Below are positions 1-10,106 of a stretch of 64,000 bases of DNA, in pieces. The translations under genes were made by a program, and so were the position numbers. Position 1 is the first letter of the stretch. Each line of letters opens with the position of its first letter. The notes under the pieces are model-generated. The model worked only from the letters and a program-made list of their open reading frames with translations. It was not told the DNA's origin and did not search any database. This stretch comes from an uncultured Thermococci archaeon (GTDB lineage: Archaea; Methanobacteriota_B; Thermococci; Methanofastidiosales; B48-G16), in NCBI GenBank assembly GCA_964595645.1, contig CAZQQT010000004.1:96001-160000 (forward strand), given 5' to 3'.

Positions 1-1
1 T

Positions 2-325
2 TCCGGCACTCAGTGTTTCTCCAAAGATAATTTCGGAGTTTGCCAGGAAGTTGTAGAGGAATGTTGTCCCTATTCCAAGGAATGCAATGCTGACAAATCC
101 AAGTGCCCCAACGCTTTCCAGGATTGAGAGGTTGCTCTTCTTTATTATATCTTTAATGGTGTCGTATCCATAGGCAATTGCAGCCATCGCGATTGCAGAG
201 GCAACCACTGCACCTCCCTGGAATCCTCCACCAGGGGTGAGATGTCCGTGCATTATCACATAAAATCCGAAGATGACCACAAAGGTATACAGGATCTTTG
301 TAATCGTCCTCACTATCTTCGACAT
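2..325 (-). CDS. mbhF: MnhB/MbhF-type subunit of Mbh/Mrp-like membrane complex (runs off window edge)
   Basis: Not in ORF track. Manual translation from ATG at 325: MSKIVRTITKILYTFVVIFGFYVIMHGHLTPGGGFQGGA, the MnhB GH..PGGGF signature. Confidence 0.85.
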   Translation of the reverse strand, partial: MSKIVRTITKILYTFVVIFGFYVIMHGHLTPGGGFQGGAVVASAIAMAAIAYGYDTIKDIIKKSNLSILESVGALGFVSIAFLGIGTTFLYNFLANSEIIFGETLSAG

Positions 326-591
326 CATTTTTTCAGCCTCCTGAATACGACGGACACACCTATCACTGCCGTGAATAGTACAGTGGCCTCTCCAAGTGTA
401 TCAAATCCTCTGTAATCGAATACCACTGCTGTCACCACGTTATTTGCGGCTGATTCCTCCTGCGCAAAATCGATAATGTAGTCATCCATATCTGACACAG
501 CAGGGGATCCAAACTCACGCATTTGTGTTGCAGAGAGAATTAAAAAACCTGCAACTACCATTAACGCTACAAAGACTGTAAATCGCTTCAT
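325..591 (-). CDS. mbhE: MbhE-like subunit (MnhB N-terminal related)
   Basis: NVVTAVVFDYRGFDTLGE motif; operon position. Confidence 0.85.
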   Translation of the reverse strand: MKRFTVFVALMVVAGFLILSATQMREFGSPAVSDMDDYIIDFAQEESAANNVVTAVVFDYRGFDTLGEATVLFTAVIGVSVVFRRLKK

Positions 592-839
592 ATCTCTTCC
601 CTCCTTTCACTACCTCTAATCGCAAGAACAAATATTGCTGTGGTGAGGGCTGCTCCAATTCCAGCCTCTGCTATCGCAACGTCTGGAGCCTGCAGGAAAT
701 AGAATTCCAGCGCGAGCAAGAGGCTTGTAGCCGCAAAAGAGATAACAGCTGCCAGAAGATCCTTGAAGGTCACGGCCATCACCGCTGTGCCAATTATAAG
801 CAACAAAATTACTATCTGAAGTGCTTCTTCAATCATCAT
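588..839 (-). CDS. mbhD: MbhD-like subunit (DUF4040)
   Basis: LQAPDVAIAEAGIG motif; start trimmed to MMIEE. Confidence 0.85.
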   Translation of the reverse strand: MMIEEALQIVILLLIIGTAVMAVTFKDLLAAVISFAATSLLLALEFYFLQAPDVAIAEAGIGAALTTAIFVLAIRGSERREEI

Positions 840-1185
840 CCTGATCACCTCGAAGTTCGTCGACCACGGCTCTCTTAGGAAATACACCGCTTTTGTGTGC
901 TGCACGGGCGATTGCGTGGGCTCCTGTCGGGTTGGTAATCACCAGCGCGAGCAACGCGATGAACGCGTGAATGGCCAGAACGCCGTAAGCCGTAGACTCA
1001 GTGTGCCAGTAATAAAGCCCATAAAGAATCACACCAGACGACGTGAAAATAGAACCGAATGTCGTACATTTTGTCCCCGCATGAAGCCGTGTGTAGACAT
1101 CGGGGAAGCGTATCAATCCAAAGGATCCGAGTCCGTTGAAAAAGACACCTATCGCGAGAAGTATATATATTATTGTCTCTATCAT
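829..1185 (-). CDS. mbhC: MnhG/MbhC antiporter subunit
   Basis: RFPDVYTRLHAGTK and NPTGAHAIARAA motifs. Confidence 0.9.
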   Translation of the reverse strand: MIETIIYILLAIGVFFNGLGSFGLIRFPDVYTRLHAGTKCTTFGSIFTSSGVILYGLYYWHTESTAYGVLAIHAFIALLALVITNPTGAHAIARAAHKSGVFPKRAVVDELRGDQDDD

Positions 1186-1442
1186 CAGAGATCACCCTCC
1201 AAGTAATTTGCAATATACAGTGTTCCTACAAAGGAAAGCAGTGCATAGACAATTGCAACATCGATGTATATCACTTCTTCATAGGCCGCTCCGAGTACAA
1301 TCATTGCAGCGATTACAAGAGTATTGATCGTGTCAAGTCCCACTACTCTGTCCGGCACTGTCGGTCCGAAGATAATTCGTATCACTCCAAACGCCATAAA
1401 AATCAGCAAGAAAATAGCTACTATAAAGAACGTCTCCATCAT
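1185..1442 (-). CDS. mbhB: MnhF/MbhB antiporter subunit
   Basis: GPTVPDRVVGLD motif; start trimmed to MMETFF. Confidence 0.9.
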   Translation of the reverse strand: MMETFFIVAIFLLIFMAFGVIRIIFGPTVPDRVVGLDTINTLVIAAMIVLGAAYEEVIYIDVAIVYALLSFVGTLYIANYLEGDL

Positions 1443-1942
1443 TCGGCAATCCTCCTTATCCATTTTGGAAATCCATCGCAAACTTCTTCTATCGACGGTT
1501 CCTTGTGCAGTACGTTAATCCAGTGTATATACAGGTGATTCTTTTTCTCATCGACATCGACACTCAATGTTCCAGGAGTGAGTGTAATCGAGTTCCCAAG
1601 CATTGTTACAGCCAAATCTGTCTTAAACTCGGGATTTATCTTCACGATGCCGGGTTTAATTCTCCCTGTGATAACTCTGTATGCAACATCAAGGTTCGCC
1701 TTCGCCATTGCGAGTAAGAACGGTCCGAGATATGCGATAAAGTAGAGCCATCGCACCGGATTGAGCATCCTGTAATCTCCGTTTCTGAATAAAAGTGCTC
1801 TTCCAACTATTCCTGCAATAGCAGCGAGAATAATACCGGCCACAATCTCTGCACTACTCCAGAAGAGAATGTCACCAGTTCCAACAGTCAAGACAAGATA
1901 TAAAACAAATGCTACTGCAGATGTAACCAACGTCTTCTTCAT
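1439..1942 (-). CDS. mbhA: MnhE/MbhA antiporter subunit
   Basis: NSITLTPGT and LYIHW motifs; GGAGG RBS and TTTAAATA box upstream. Confidence 0.9.
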   Translation of the reverse strand: MKKTLVTSAVAFVLYLVLTVGTGDILFWSSAEIVAGIILAAIAGIVGRALLFRNGDYRMLNPVRWLYFIAYLGPFLLAMAKANLDVAYRVITGRIKPGIVKINPEFKTDLAVTMLGNSITLTPGTLSVDVDEKKNHLYIHWINVLHKEPSIEEVCDGFPKWIRRIAE

Positions 1943-2026
1943 CCATATTCCTCCAGTATCACTCTTTTACCAGAGATGGAAAAGATGTATATTTAAAACT
2001 TTCGATGAGGTTCGGGGGCAGTATGC

Positions 2027-3082
2027 TCAGGATTCTTCTCTCTGCCGCTCTAACATATCTTTGACAGTTTTATTGGAGTAAAGGAAACATGGGATACCAA
2101 TGAAAATTCCAAGCCAGTAGGAGAGTAATCGTACCAATATTGTAACGGATGCTGCGACCGCACTTTGTATGCTAAATATAGAAAATATTAAGATCATGAT
2201 CCCCTCGTGTGCACCGAGGCCCCCAGGAAGTAATGGAATCATTCCTACCTGTATACCTACGATAGTCACAATAATGGGCACAATGAAATTTACATCCTGT
2301 CCCACAGCTATAAACATGAGATAAACTCTTAAAAATGCGCAAAAAAGCATTAAAAATGATAATGAGAGAGCTTTTACCATTATTCCTCTATTTTTACTAA
2401 TTCGTACAACGGTCTTGTTGAAACTTATGATTCTTTCTTCAATGAGATCGGTATATTCCTCTACCTTCGGGAAAATCTTTCCCACCAAATTTATCAGTGC
2501 GAACACGACTTTTTTTGCTGCTTCTAGATTTATACAGAGGTAGATCGTGATGAAAAGAAGGAATATAGAAAAAGATAGTGCAAAAATAAGGACATATTGC
2601 ACCCACGAAGGAATATCCTTCAAGAAAAAAAGATACGCGATAGAAAAAAGAGACAGAGAGGCAAAAGGAAAGCTGTCAAAAACTCTGTCTGCTGTTGTTG
2701 TGGCAAAAACTCGTTCCACGGTAATATCCTCCATGATGCCCAGTGTGTACGCCCTCACCGGTTCCCCACCGGTCTTTGCAGACGGTGTGATATTATTAAT
2801 CAGTACTCCCGAAAAAAGAGAGATAAAAAGATTTTTTGTCGATATAGTCCCTTTTGCTGCTCCTAAAATTATTTTCCACCGATACGACCAGAGAGCAAAA
2901 CTGAGAAGTTGGATAGAGAGACCGAACAGGAGGAATGTACTATGTGCCTCCCGTAACACGGCCCAAGTTTCTTGGATCCCTATATACCGTAGTATAAAAT
3001 AGATCACCAAGAAACCCAGTGTGAACAATCCAATGATTCTAAGGCTTTTTTTCCGCATGAATGCCTTCATATACAGTAACAT
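2027..3082 (-). CDS. UPF0104 / lysylphosphatidylglycerol-synthase-TM flippase-like membrane protein
   Basis: NNITPSAKTGGEPVR, DR.FD and PGGLG motifs; many TM segments. Confidence 0.85.
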   Translation of the reverse strand: MLLYMKAFMRKKSLRIIGLFTLGFLVIYFILRYIGIQETWAVLREAHSTFLLFGLSIQLLSFALWSYRWKIILGAAKGTISTKNLFISLFSGVLINNITPSAKTGGEPVRAYTLGIMEDITVERVFATTTADRVFDSFPFASLSLFSIAYLFFLKDIPSWVQYVLIFALSFSIFLLFITIYLCINLEAAKKVVFALINLVGKIFPKVEEYTDLIEERIISFNKTVVRISKNRGIMVKALSLSFLMLFCAFLRVYLMFIAVGQDVNFIVPIIVTIVGIQVGMIPLLPGGLGAHEGIMILIFSIFSIQSAVAASVTILVRLLSYWLGIFIGIPCFLYSNKTVKDMLERQREES

Positions 3083-3127
3083 TTATATTTATCGCTCTCG
3101 TATTAAAACGTAATTGAATCATAGAAG

Positions 3128-4342
3128 GTGAAGCCTCTGTATAAAACAGATGAGAAACTGGATTATGATAGATTTAATTTGGAGAGCAATCCGTTTTCAA
3201 GACTCTCTAGTGAGGGTATAAAGGATATAGATGATATCCACGTATTTCAGAATATAGACTCAAAGATTACAGAGATGCTCTCGGAAGTAATCAACAAAAA
3301 ATCATCGGTTGCCTTTGCACTTGTAGGGGATCTCGGATCTGGAAAAACACAACGGCTGAAGGGAGTCCATAGACTCTTCCAAGAGGCTGGATTTTCTATG
3401 TATATCAAGATAGATACAAACGATCCGATAAAGATCATTAAGGATATTTTTTCAGTCTTTTACTATATGAAAGAAGATAGAAAAAATAGATTTGATCGAT
3501 TTAAGGATAGATTTGATCGATTTTTGGGGAAAAAACTGGAATTCGACGAAATATGGGAACTAAAAAGTGGAGAATTTAAATCTACAGAGATAGGAAGCAC
3601 GCTGAAAGAGTATATGTCTGATTTTGATGTCTCCTGTTTAATCCTTGATGAGGTAGAGAATCTCGTTTCGGCGCCGGAAGAGAAGCTCATCTCCTTTTTC
3701 GAAGTGTTGAGACAGTTTATCAGCGATATGCCAGACTCATCCTTATTCGTCATGGCGTGTACCAAAGAAGGTGCTGAGAAGATAAAAAATTCAAATCCCG
3801 CATTTTTCATGAGATTACATCGTGTTCTGGAACTTGAACCGTTTACAAATGAGAAAGCACTGGAAATGGTAGAGAAAAGAATCGCAAAAGAGAGAATAGA
3901 CCCAGAAAAGGATTTAAATCCGATTTATCCATTTGAAAAGTCAGGAGTAACGTACGTGAATGATATGGTAGATGGGAATCCACGGCTCCTCCTTCGAATG
4001 CTCCACACTGTCCTTACCTCCGCAGTAAAAAACGATCTGATCGAGATCATCGACGATAGGTATGTCAGCGATCTTCTCAGTACCCCTTCGTCTGTTGAAG
4101 AGTATATTCTGAAGGTACCCGAAGAACTAAGGGATCTCGTAACATTAATCACGAAAAAATTCAATGGGGGGCCGGTGAGTTATATAGAAATTGCGAAAGA
4201 AACGAAGATGAATCCCACTGCTGTGTATGAAAATATGAAGGAACTTACCGGAATGGGGTTAATGACGAACGAGAAAGGGAAATTTGAGGTTGTTCCTGGA
4301 ATAAAATCAATGATAGAAGAAACGGAAGAAAAAGAGAGTTAG
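3128..4342 (+). CDS. AAA+/P-loop ATPase with C-terminal winged HTH
   Basis: Walker A GDLGSGKT, Walker B LILDEVE, GNPR motif, C-terminal HTH-like SYIEIAKETKMNPTAVYENMKEL. Confidence 0.8.
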   Translation: MKPLYKTDEKLDYDRFNLESNPFSRLSSEGIKDIDDIHVFQNIDSKITEMLSEVINKKSSVAFALVGDLGSGKTQRLKGVHRLFQEAGFSMYIKIDTNDPIKIIKDIFSVFYYMKEDRKNRFDRFKDRFDRFLGKKLEFDEIWELKSGEFKSTEIGSTLKEYMSDFDVSCLILDEVENLVSAPEEKLISFFEVLRQFISDMPDSSLFVMACTKEGAEKIKNSNPAFFMRLHRVLELEPFTNEKALEMVEKRIAKERIDPEKDLNPIYPFEKSGVTYVNDMVDGNPRLLLRMLHTVLTSAVKNDLIEIIDDRYVSDLLSTPSSVEEYILKVPEELRDLVTLITKKFNGGPVSYIEIAKETKMNPTAVYENMKELTGMGLMTNEKGKFEVVPGIKSMIEETEEKES

Positions 4343-4373
4343 GGGATTTTGAAGGAGGAATATGAGAGTGTAT

Positions 4374-4484
4374 TTAAACCCTAACTCTCAGGGCAGTCAA
4401 CAATACTAGTAGTGCTGCGGCAATAATGCTCACCAATATTGAATTTTTTTTGGTAGTATTGATGGCCCTTGTTTTTCTTCTCAT
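4374..4484 (-). CDS. Putative 36-aa single-pass membrane microprotein
   Basis: MRRKTRAINTTKKNSILVSIIAAALLVLLTALRVRV; BRE/TATA-like AAAACCTTAAATA about 24 nt upstream. Confidence 0.45.
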   Translation of the reverse strand: MRRKTRAINTTKKNSILVSIIAAALLVLLTALRVRV

Positions 4485-4609
4485 ACAACATTATTGATGA
4501 GCAATACTATTTAAGGTTTTCGGTAGTTATACAGAACAGTAAAAGTCATATACTATGGGAAAGCTATATAAATGAAGAAAACAATATTAAGGTACAACGG
4601 TGATCACGG

Positions 4610-5053
4610 ATGAAAGAAAATCTGGAAGAGAGTATTTTAAATTATCTTAAGGGAGCAGAGGTAGGCGCTACTGCTTCCGAGTTATCGAGAGAACTGGACA
4701 TCAATAGAATGACTGCAGTAAAGTACCTCGAAGTGATGAGGGCAACAGGGCTGGTTGATTACAAAAAGGTGGGCATGGCAAAGGTGTATTACGTATCTAC
4801 TGAGTTCTCTTACGCACAGCATGTACTCTTACTTAAGACGCGGCAGCTCTTACAAAATATAGAAACTCCTGAAGAGCATTATACTATTCTTGAGAGTGTA
4901 TTGGACTCTCATATTGAAATCGCTTCCACTTATAAGAAAGAGGAACGAGAAACGATAGCAGAACTTCTAGAAGAATCCGCAGAAAAAGTACGGAAGGCTG
5001 TGGCAGAAGGTAACGAGGAGGAAGAAAAAAGGAAAGAGAAGGCGCCACAGTAA
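4610..5053 (+). CDS. Winged-helix transcriptional regulator
   Basis: TASELSRELDINRMTAVKYLEVM..GLV..KKVG.AKVY wHTH pattern. Confidence 0.8.
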   Translation: MKENLEESILNYLKGAEVGATASELSRELDINRMTAVKYLEVMRATGLVDYKKVGMAKVYYVSTEFSYAQHVLLLKTRQLLQNIETPEEHYTILESVLDSHIEIASTYKKEERETIAELLEESAEKVRKAVAEGNEEEEKRKEKAPQ

Positions 5054-5187
5054 GATCCTCTTATTCATCTCTTTATCTCTTCTCATTTAATAAGAAAACA
5101 GATCCTTTAAAATGCGACATGCCATTTCCCTCGGGACAGCCGTCTCTATACATAACTATTATATATGCTCAATGGTGATGATGTCAT

Positions 5188-5460
5188 ATGAAACAGGTGC
5201 ACATCTTTGTCTCAGGTAGAGTGCAGGGAGTATTTTATAGAGCCAATACAAGAAAAACGGCAAAACGTCTTGGACTTACAGGGTGGGTACGAAACCTCAG
5301 CGATGGGAGAGTAGAGATTGTGGCTGAAGGAGAAGAAGAACCCCTCAAAGAACTGATAGAATGGTGTCACGAAGGGCCACAAATGGCCTCTGTTACCGAT
5401 GTTGAAACGGAATGGCGTGAGTATGAAGGAAAATACGAAGATTTTTCAATATGGAGATAG
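5188..5460 (+). CDS. acyP: Acylphosphatase
   Basis: VSGRVQGVFYR and GWVRN signatures. Confidence 0.95.
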   Translation: MKQVHIFVSGRVQGVFYRANTRKTAKRLGLTGWVRNLSDGRVEIVAEGEEEPLKELIEWCHEGPQMASVTDVETEWREYEGKYEDFSIWR

Positions 5461-5839
5461 GTTGAGGGTATTATTACCAATTATTTTGGTAATATTTTTT
5501 ACAGGCTGTATCACGCATTCCTTTGCCATTACAGATGTGACCCTCTGCACCGCTGTAGACAATGGAGAGCCATCCAGTGTGAACACTGTCTTTGCACCAG
5601 CAGACACTGTGTACTGCTGGATCGAGTACGAGTACGCTCTAGAGAACACACCGATAAAAGCGGTCTGGTATTACGAAGGAGAAAAAATGTACGAGAAAGA
5701 GGCCGTCCTCCAAGAAGGTTCCGGGAAAATTTGGTTCTCGATGTATGCTACAGGGCAGGATCTGCCCGTCGGTAGTTACACGGTGAAAATCTACGTTGAT
5801 GGTACAATAAAAGAAAAAAAGTTTTCTATATCTCAGTGA
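5450..5839 (+). CDS. Putative lipoprotein with Ig-like domain (start uncertain)
   Basis: Hydrophobic stretch ending FTGC; G.YTVKIYVDG Ig-like tail. Confidence 0.55.
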   Translation, partial: YGDRLRVLLPIILVIFFTGCITHSFAITDVTLCTAVDNGEPSSVNTVFAPADTVYCWIEYEYALENTPIKAVWYYEGEKMYEKEAVLQEGSGKIWFSMYATGQDLPVGSYTVKIYVDGTIKEKKFSISQ

Positions 5840-6902
5840 ACTCTTTCGGCGCAGAGGTGAGAATCTCTACACCATCTTTTTTCACCACCACGTCATCCTC
5901 GATTCTCACGCCGCCGTATCCAGGGAGGTAGATGCCCGGTTCAACGGTGAAGACCATATTTTCCTCGAGCGTGAGATCGTAGGCAGGATGAAGTCCATAG
6001 CCGTCGTGCACCGAAAGCCCGATTGAGTGCCCGAGTCCATGGGTAAACCTATCCTTGTACTTCGTCGAGTTGATAAACTCCTCTACAGCCTCATGGGCGT
6101 CGCCACCCCTCACTCCCGCATGGATCTTGTCAAGTCCTATCTGCTGAGCCTCCTTCACCGTGTCGTAGATATCTTTTTTCTTTTCTTCCGCTTCTCCATA
6201 CACAAAGGTTCGTGTGATATCCGAGACGTACTTTCTGTACTTGGCTCCGAAATCAAGGAGGATGTAGTCTCCCTTTTTTAACGTTTTATCGCCGGAGGTA
6301 TAGTGAGGTTCTGCTGTGTGTTCTTCAAAGGCGCAGATATTGGTGAAGGCCGGTTCAGTAGCACCTTTTTTTAACATGAGATATGTGAGCTCCGCAGAAA
6401 GTTCACATTCCTTGATTCCCTCCCGCATATACGAAGTGATATGATCACAGACATCAGATACAATGTCGCAGGCCTTTTTGATCTTTTTTATCTCATCCTT
6501 TTCCTTGACAAGTCGCGCCTTCGACACTGCATCAGATACATCGATGATCTCGGCATCGGTGATCTCTGTCAGTGTATTATACGAGTCATAGGTCAGCCCC
6601 TTCCCATTGATCCCGATTCTGTCCACGTCGAGTTTTTTCTTCAGTATCTCCTTTCTCTCCTCCTTCTCTTTGAATATCTGGATCTCGTCCTTTTCAGCTT
6701 TTTTCGCGCTTTCCTCTTCCAGACGGGACACTACCAGCCCGAGAGAATCGGGGTATGCCAAGGCAACACACCCCTCAAAGAGTCCGGACTCCGCTCCCGT
6801 GAGGTAGAAAAAGCTCATGTCAGGCGTAATACTGTTCTCTAGATAGATCAAATCGACGTCTTCCTCCAGGTTGTCATAGATTTTCTGTAATTTGCTGTTC
6901 AT
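5826..6902 (-). CDS. pepQ: Xaa-Pro dipeptidase/aminopeptidase P (M24B)
   Basis: DFG..Y.SDITRT, HGLGHSIGL.VH, TVEPGIY, GVRIED. Confidence 0.93.
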   Translation of the reverse strand: MNSKLQKIYDNLEEDVDLIYLENSITPDMSFFYLTGAESGLFEGCVALAYPDSLGLVVSRLEEESAKKAEKDEIQIFKEKEERKEILKKKLDVDRIGINGKGLTYDSYNTLTEITDAEIIDVSDAVSKARLVKEKDEIKKIKKACDIVSDVCDHITSYMREGIKECELSAELTYLMLKKGATEPAFTNICAFEEHTAEPHYTSGDKTLKKGDYILLDFGAKYRKYVSDITRTFVYGEAEEKKKDIYDTVKEAQQIGLDKIHAGVRGGDAHEAVEEFINSTKYKDRFTHGLGHSIGLSVHDGYGLHPAYDLTLEENMVFTVEPGIYLPGYGGVRIEDDVVVKKDGVEILTSAPKEFTEI

Positions 6903-7027
6903 GGTACTACATACACCCCATACTAATAAAAAGGTTGCTTGGGAAGATGACTTTCCACAATAATGTCCTTGATCGCAGTCCGATCCTCAGGGGTTACATA
7001 CTGATGGAATAGAAGACAACGAACAAC

Positions 7028-8167
7028 CTATCTCTTTCGGTTCCACAGCGTGATACCGCCTACCAGTACGATAAGGATGATTGCGGATAATACCAGTAGT
7101 TCCGTAGTTTTGGGGCCATTTTCCACAATAACGGTATTGTTCTCCTCAACATTTCCTGAAGATTTTTTGAGAGCAATGCCAGATTTTCTCGCTTTTTCTC
7201 TCCCGTCACTGAGATCCTCTCCATGCCTATCAATGAACTCTGCCTTTTCGAAGGTATAGAGGAGATTATCGTGGATGTAATTATTGTGGGAAAACCGCAG
7301 TCCCACGCCGCAAGGCTGTTTACACGCGTGGATTACATTGTCATAGACCTCTGAATCCTGTACATCAAACTCAAAGAAAATTCCTGTTCCCACTCCAGGG
7401 GAATCACAGCTCGCATGAATTTCATTATCGTGTATCGTGATATTTCTGGCCCTGCATACCCAGATACCCTGTTCTAAGTTGTTCATCAGTGTGTTATTAT
7501 AAATTTCTACATTTTGTGCAATACCTTTCCAATCATCATTTAAGTAGTCCTGGCCGGTAACAGATATACCATCACTCGTTGAATTGATCACTGTATTGTG
7601 ATGTATTTTCATATTTTCAGGTCGTACCGCCCAGATCCCGATGATGCGAGGTCCAGATCCACCATCGATGAAAAACCACTCCCTGACGCCGTTGTCTTCA
7701 AGGGTGTTGTAGGCAATCTCGGAATTCGTGCAGTGATCACACCGAATACCGCTAAAATAAGTACTATTGGTGATTGAATTATTGAGAATCGTTACATTGT
7801 GTGATTTTCTGATATACGGACCAATGAGGTTGTTTTCAAAAGTGTTCTGTGATATCTCAATATGATCGGAGCTATCGACATAAAGCGAGTAAAACTGTCG
7901 GAGACCCTCCGGCGAGTTCCCTGTCTCCTTGGCACAATCATGGAAATAGTTGTTCCGTATGAGTATATGGCTTGAGTTTCTCACTATCAGGCCACTGCCT
8001 TCATCACAGGTGATATCCATTCCTTCGATAACGTAGGGATTCTCCGCTGTGGCGTGGACATTTTCGATGAGGAGCGGATCGTGCTGTTCGTATGCGAAAA
8101 CAGGAACGAACATTCCACAGAGAACAATGCATGCAATGATAGGGGGAAGAAGTAATTTTTTATTCAT
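7028..8167 (-). CDS. Right-handed beta-helix (NosD/pectin-lyase-like) surface protein with C-terminal TM anchor
   Basis: Signal peptide, repeated I..N.I..N units, C-terminal TM plus RKR. Confidence 0.75.
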   Translation of the reverse strand: MNKKLLLPPIIACIVLCGMFVPVFAYEQHDPLLIENVHATAENPYVIEGMDITCDEGSGLIVRNSSHILIRNNYFHDCAKETGNSPEGLRQFYSLYVDSSDHIEISQNTFENNLIGPYIRKSHNVTILNNSITNSTYFSGIRCDHCTNSEIAYNTLEDNGVREWFFIDGGSGPRIIGIWAVRPENMKIHHNTVINSTSDGISVTGQDYLNDDWKGIAQNVEIYNNTLMNNLEQGIWVCRARNITIHDNEIHASCDSPGVGTGIFFEFDVQDSEVYDNVIHACKQPCGVGLRFSHNNYIHDNLLYTFEKAEFIDRHGEDLSDGREKARKSGIALKKSSGNVEENNTVIVENGPKTTELLVLSAIILIVLVGGITLWNRKR

Positions 8168-8267
8168 GGCTCCATGTCAGAGGGATACCATAAAAATATT
8201 TCTATTTTTACTCCTGTAGGGAAACACTTTTAATTGTGGGGTGATTAATAAAAATAAGAGGGATAAA

Positions 8268-8585
8268 ATGGCTATAAAAAAGGGAGATTATGTAGAAGTA
8301 GACTACACAGGAAAATTAAAAGATGGAACGATTTTCGACTCGTCTATTAGAGAAAACGCAAAAAAATCTAAATATTACGATAAAAATCGTGAGTATGAGC
8401 CCTTAGGATTTACTGTTGGCGAGGGAAGGCTCATCCCAGGATTTGAAAAAGGTGTTATCGGGATGGAAGCCGGTGAGAAAAAGAAAGTTGAAATTCCGCC
8501 GGAAGAAGCGTACGGCAAAACAGGTAATCACCCACTCGCCGGAAAAAGATTGATCTTCGAGATAGAAGTGAAGAAAATTAAATAA
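8268..8585 (+). CDS. FKBP-type peptidyl-prolyl isomerase (short form)
   Basis: [36 protein letters not shown]. Confidence 0.92.
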   Translation: MAIKKGDYVEVDYTGKLKDGTIFDSSIRENAKKSKYYDKNREYEPLGFTVGEGRLIPGFEKGVIGMEAGEKKKVEIPPEEAYGKTGNHPLAGKRLIFEIEVKKIK

Positions 8586-8662
8586 TTCACCCCTTGTGTA
8601 TCACTAATATTGGAGTTCTGAAACAAAACAATGCTCGAAGCGATGTGCCGTTGCTCGCTACA

Positions 8663-8917
8663 TCATAGTGCATATAGTCCTATGATCATTAGCGTGACAA
8701 GAAGTATTGCTAAACTCCAATATAGTGGATTATCACATTTCACTGTATTGTTCTGGCCCCTTGTAATAATAAAAACAATGAATAAATAGACAGGACTATT
8801 TGATACAATAAGATCGGCTTGAACGTGAAGAACATTCTTAAATATAATTGCAATGCTGAGTATACAAGCTCCCGTTACTAACGCAACCTTCACTTCATCA
8901 GCTAATTTCATGCTCAT
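8663..8917 (-). CDS. Small hypothetical membrane protein (3 TM)
   Basis: Hydrophobic ORF; GGAG RBS and TTTATAAA upstream of ATG at 8917. Confidence 0.6.
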   Translation of the reverse strand: MSMKLADEVKVALVTGACILSIAIIFKNVLHVQADLIVSNSPVYLFIVFIITRGQNNTVKCDNPLYWSLAILLVTLMIIGLYAL

Positions 8918-9032
8918 AGTTACGTCTCCTTGATTTATAAATTTTTTCAAGTGAACAAGCAACTTTCTATACCATTTTGCTGTTCACAGTGGCGAAGACA
9001 AGTGATAGTGGGACTGAAGCCGATATTCCTTG

Positions 9033-9386
9033 CTAGATGTTCTTTTTGGGATTATACGCTATCCCCTGTGTCTTGCCGTGTTCTATCGCTTCTTTCCATG
9101 TACTCGTATCGTTTTTCATCAGCTCAAATTGCTTATCATTGTAGACCACTATGATCTTGTTCTGGTGCCAGAAATGTGCATACCACCCGGGTAAAATATA
9201 CGGCTGCAAATTATCAATTTCCTCCCTTGAACAGCGTACGCCATACCCGTACCATCTTCCGAGATTTCCTTCGTAGTCGATCGGCATATTATCCTCGCTA
9301 ATCGTTGCTTCGTAAACAGAAAAATTGTTGATAACTGTCGGATCGCGTAATCCCTCTGCAATAATATCGCCTTTCCACTTCTTCAT
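9033..9386 (-). CDS. Hypothetical protein
   Basis: 117-aa ORF with RBS; GWYAHFW segment. Confidence 0.6.
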   Translation of the reverse strand: MKKWKGDIIAEGLRDPTVINNFSVYEATISEDNMPIDYEGNLGRWYGYGVRCSREEIDNLQPYILPGWYAHFWHQNKIIVVYNDKQFELMKNDTSTWKEAIEHGKTQGIAYNPKKNI

Positions 9387-9591
9387 CTTGTATCATCCTT
9401 TTTGTTTTATTATGGCTCTAATACTTATTAATTTTTCTTTCGGAAACGATATTTCTGTATATTAGTTATTTATTATACTGTAAATTAAAACTTTATAAAA
9501 TTTTCTATTCCTCACAGTTTCTTCATTTTAAAAGGTGGGAAAGAAGATGTTATCTCGTAAATTTTTTATTGCAGCTCCTCCATTAAATTGT

Positions 9592-10098
9592 ATGACTGAT
9601 AAACCAACGTTAAAATCTATCTTAAAAAAGGGTGGAACCTGGGAAGGACCGTTCATCAACTACGTGAAAGGCCATCCAGGAACTGGTGAAAAAGGAGTGG
9701 TCCAGCGAGGAAAATGGGTGATGGAAATCGATGTTGAGGGGGGGACACTCATTGTCACAACCACGTTTTTCGATCAGGAAGGGAATCAGACAGGAACAGG
9801 GGGCTCGATGAAAATTACATTTGAGGGTGATACCGTCCGCCAGTTGGGGGAGACTGATATCGACCCGACGACAGGAAATAAACTAAAAGAGTACCAGTTT
9901 GAAGGCTACATCACAGAGAACCATATGTTCCTCAAAGAAGCGTTTATCGAAGTGGTGGAAGAAAAGAAAGAACAGCACAGACGGAATAGTTTGCATTACC
10001 ACCTAAAAAAGAGTAATGAAATCCTGCAAACGTTAGATATATATGTGGATGGGAATCTCTTACTCTTTGGAGCTATCGAACTAAAGAAGAAAGGGTGA
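9592..10098 (+). CDS. Hypothetical protein (beta-strand rich)
   Basis: ORF with host-like codon usage; start trimmed to MTDKP. Confidence 0.6.
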   Translation: MTDKPTLKSILKKGGTWEGPFINYVKGHPGTGEKGVVQRGKWVMEIDVEGGTLIVTTTFFDQEGNQTGTGGSMKITFEGDTVRQLGETDIDPTTGNKLKEYQFEGYITENHMFLKEAFIEVVEEKKEQHRRNSLHYHLKKSNEILQTLDIYVDGNLLLFGAIELKKKG

Positions 10099-10106
10099 CC
10101 TATCAT

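Noticed and set aside
6940-7010. Possible C/D box sRNA (AGATGA...CTGA)
   Set aside because: C box is non-canonical and no convincing C'/D' pair is present
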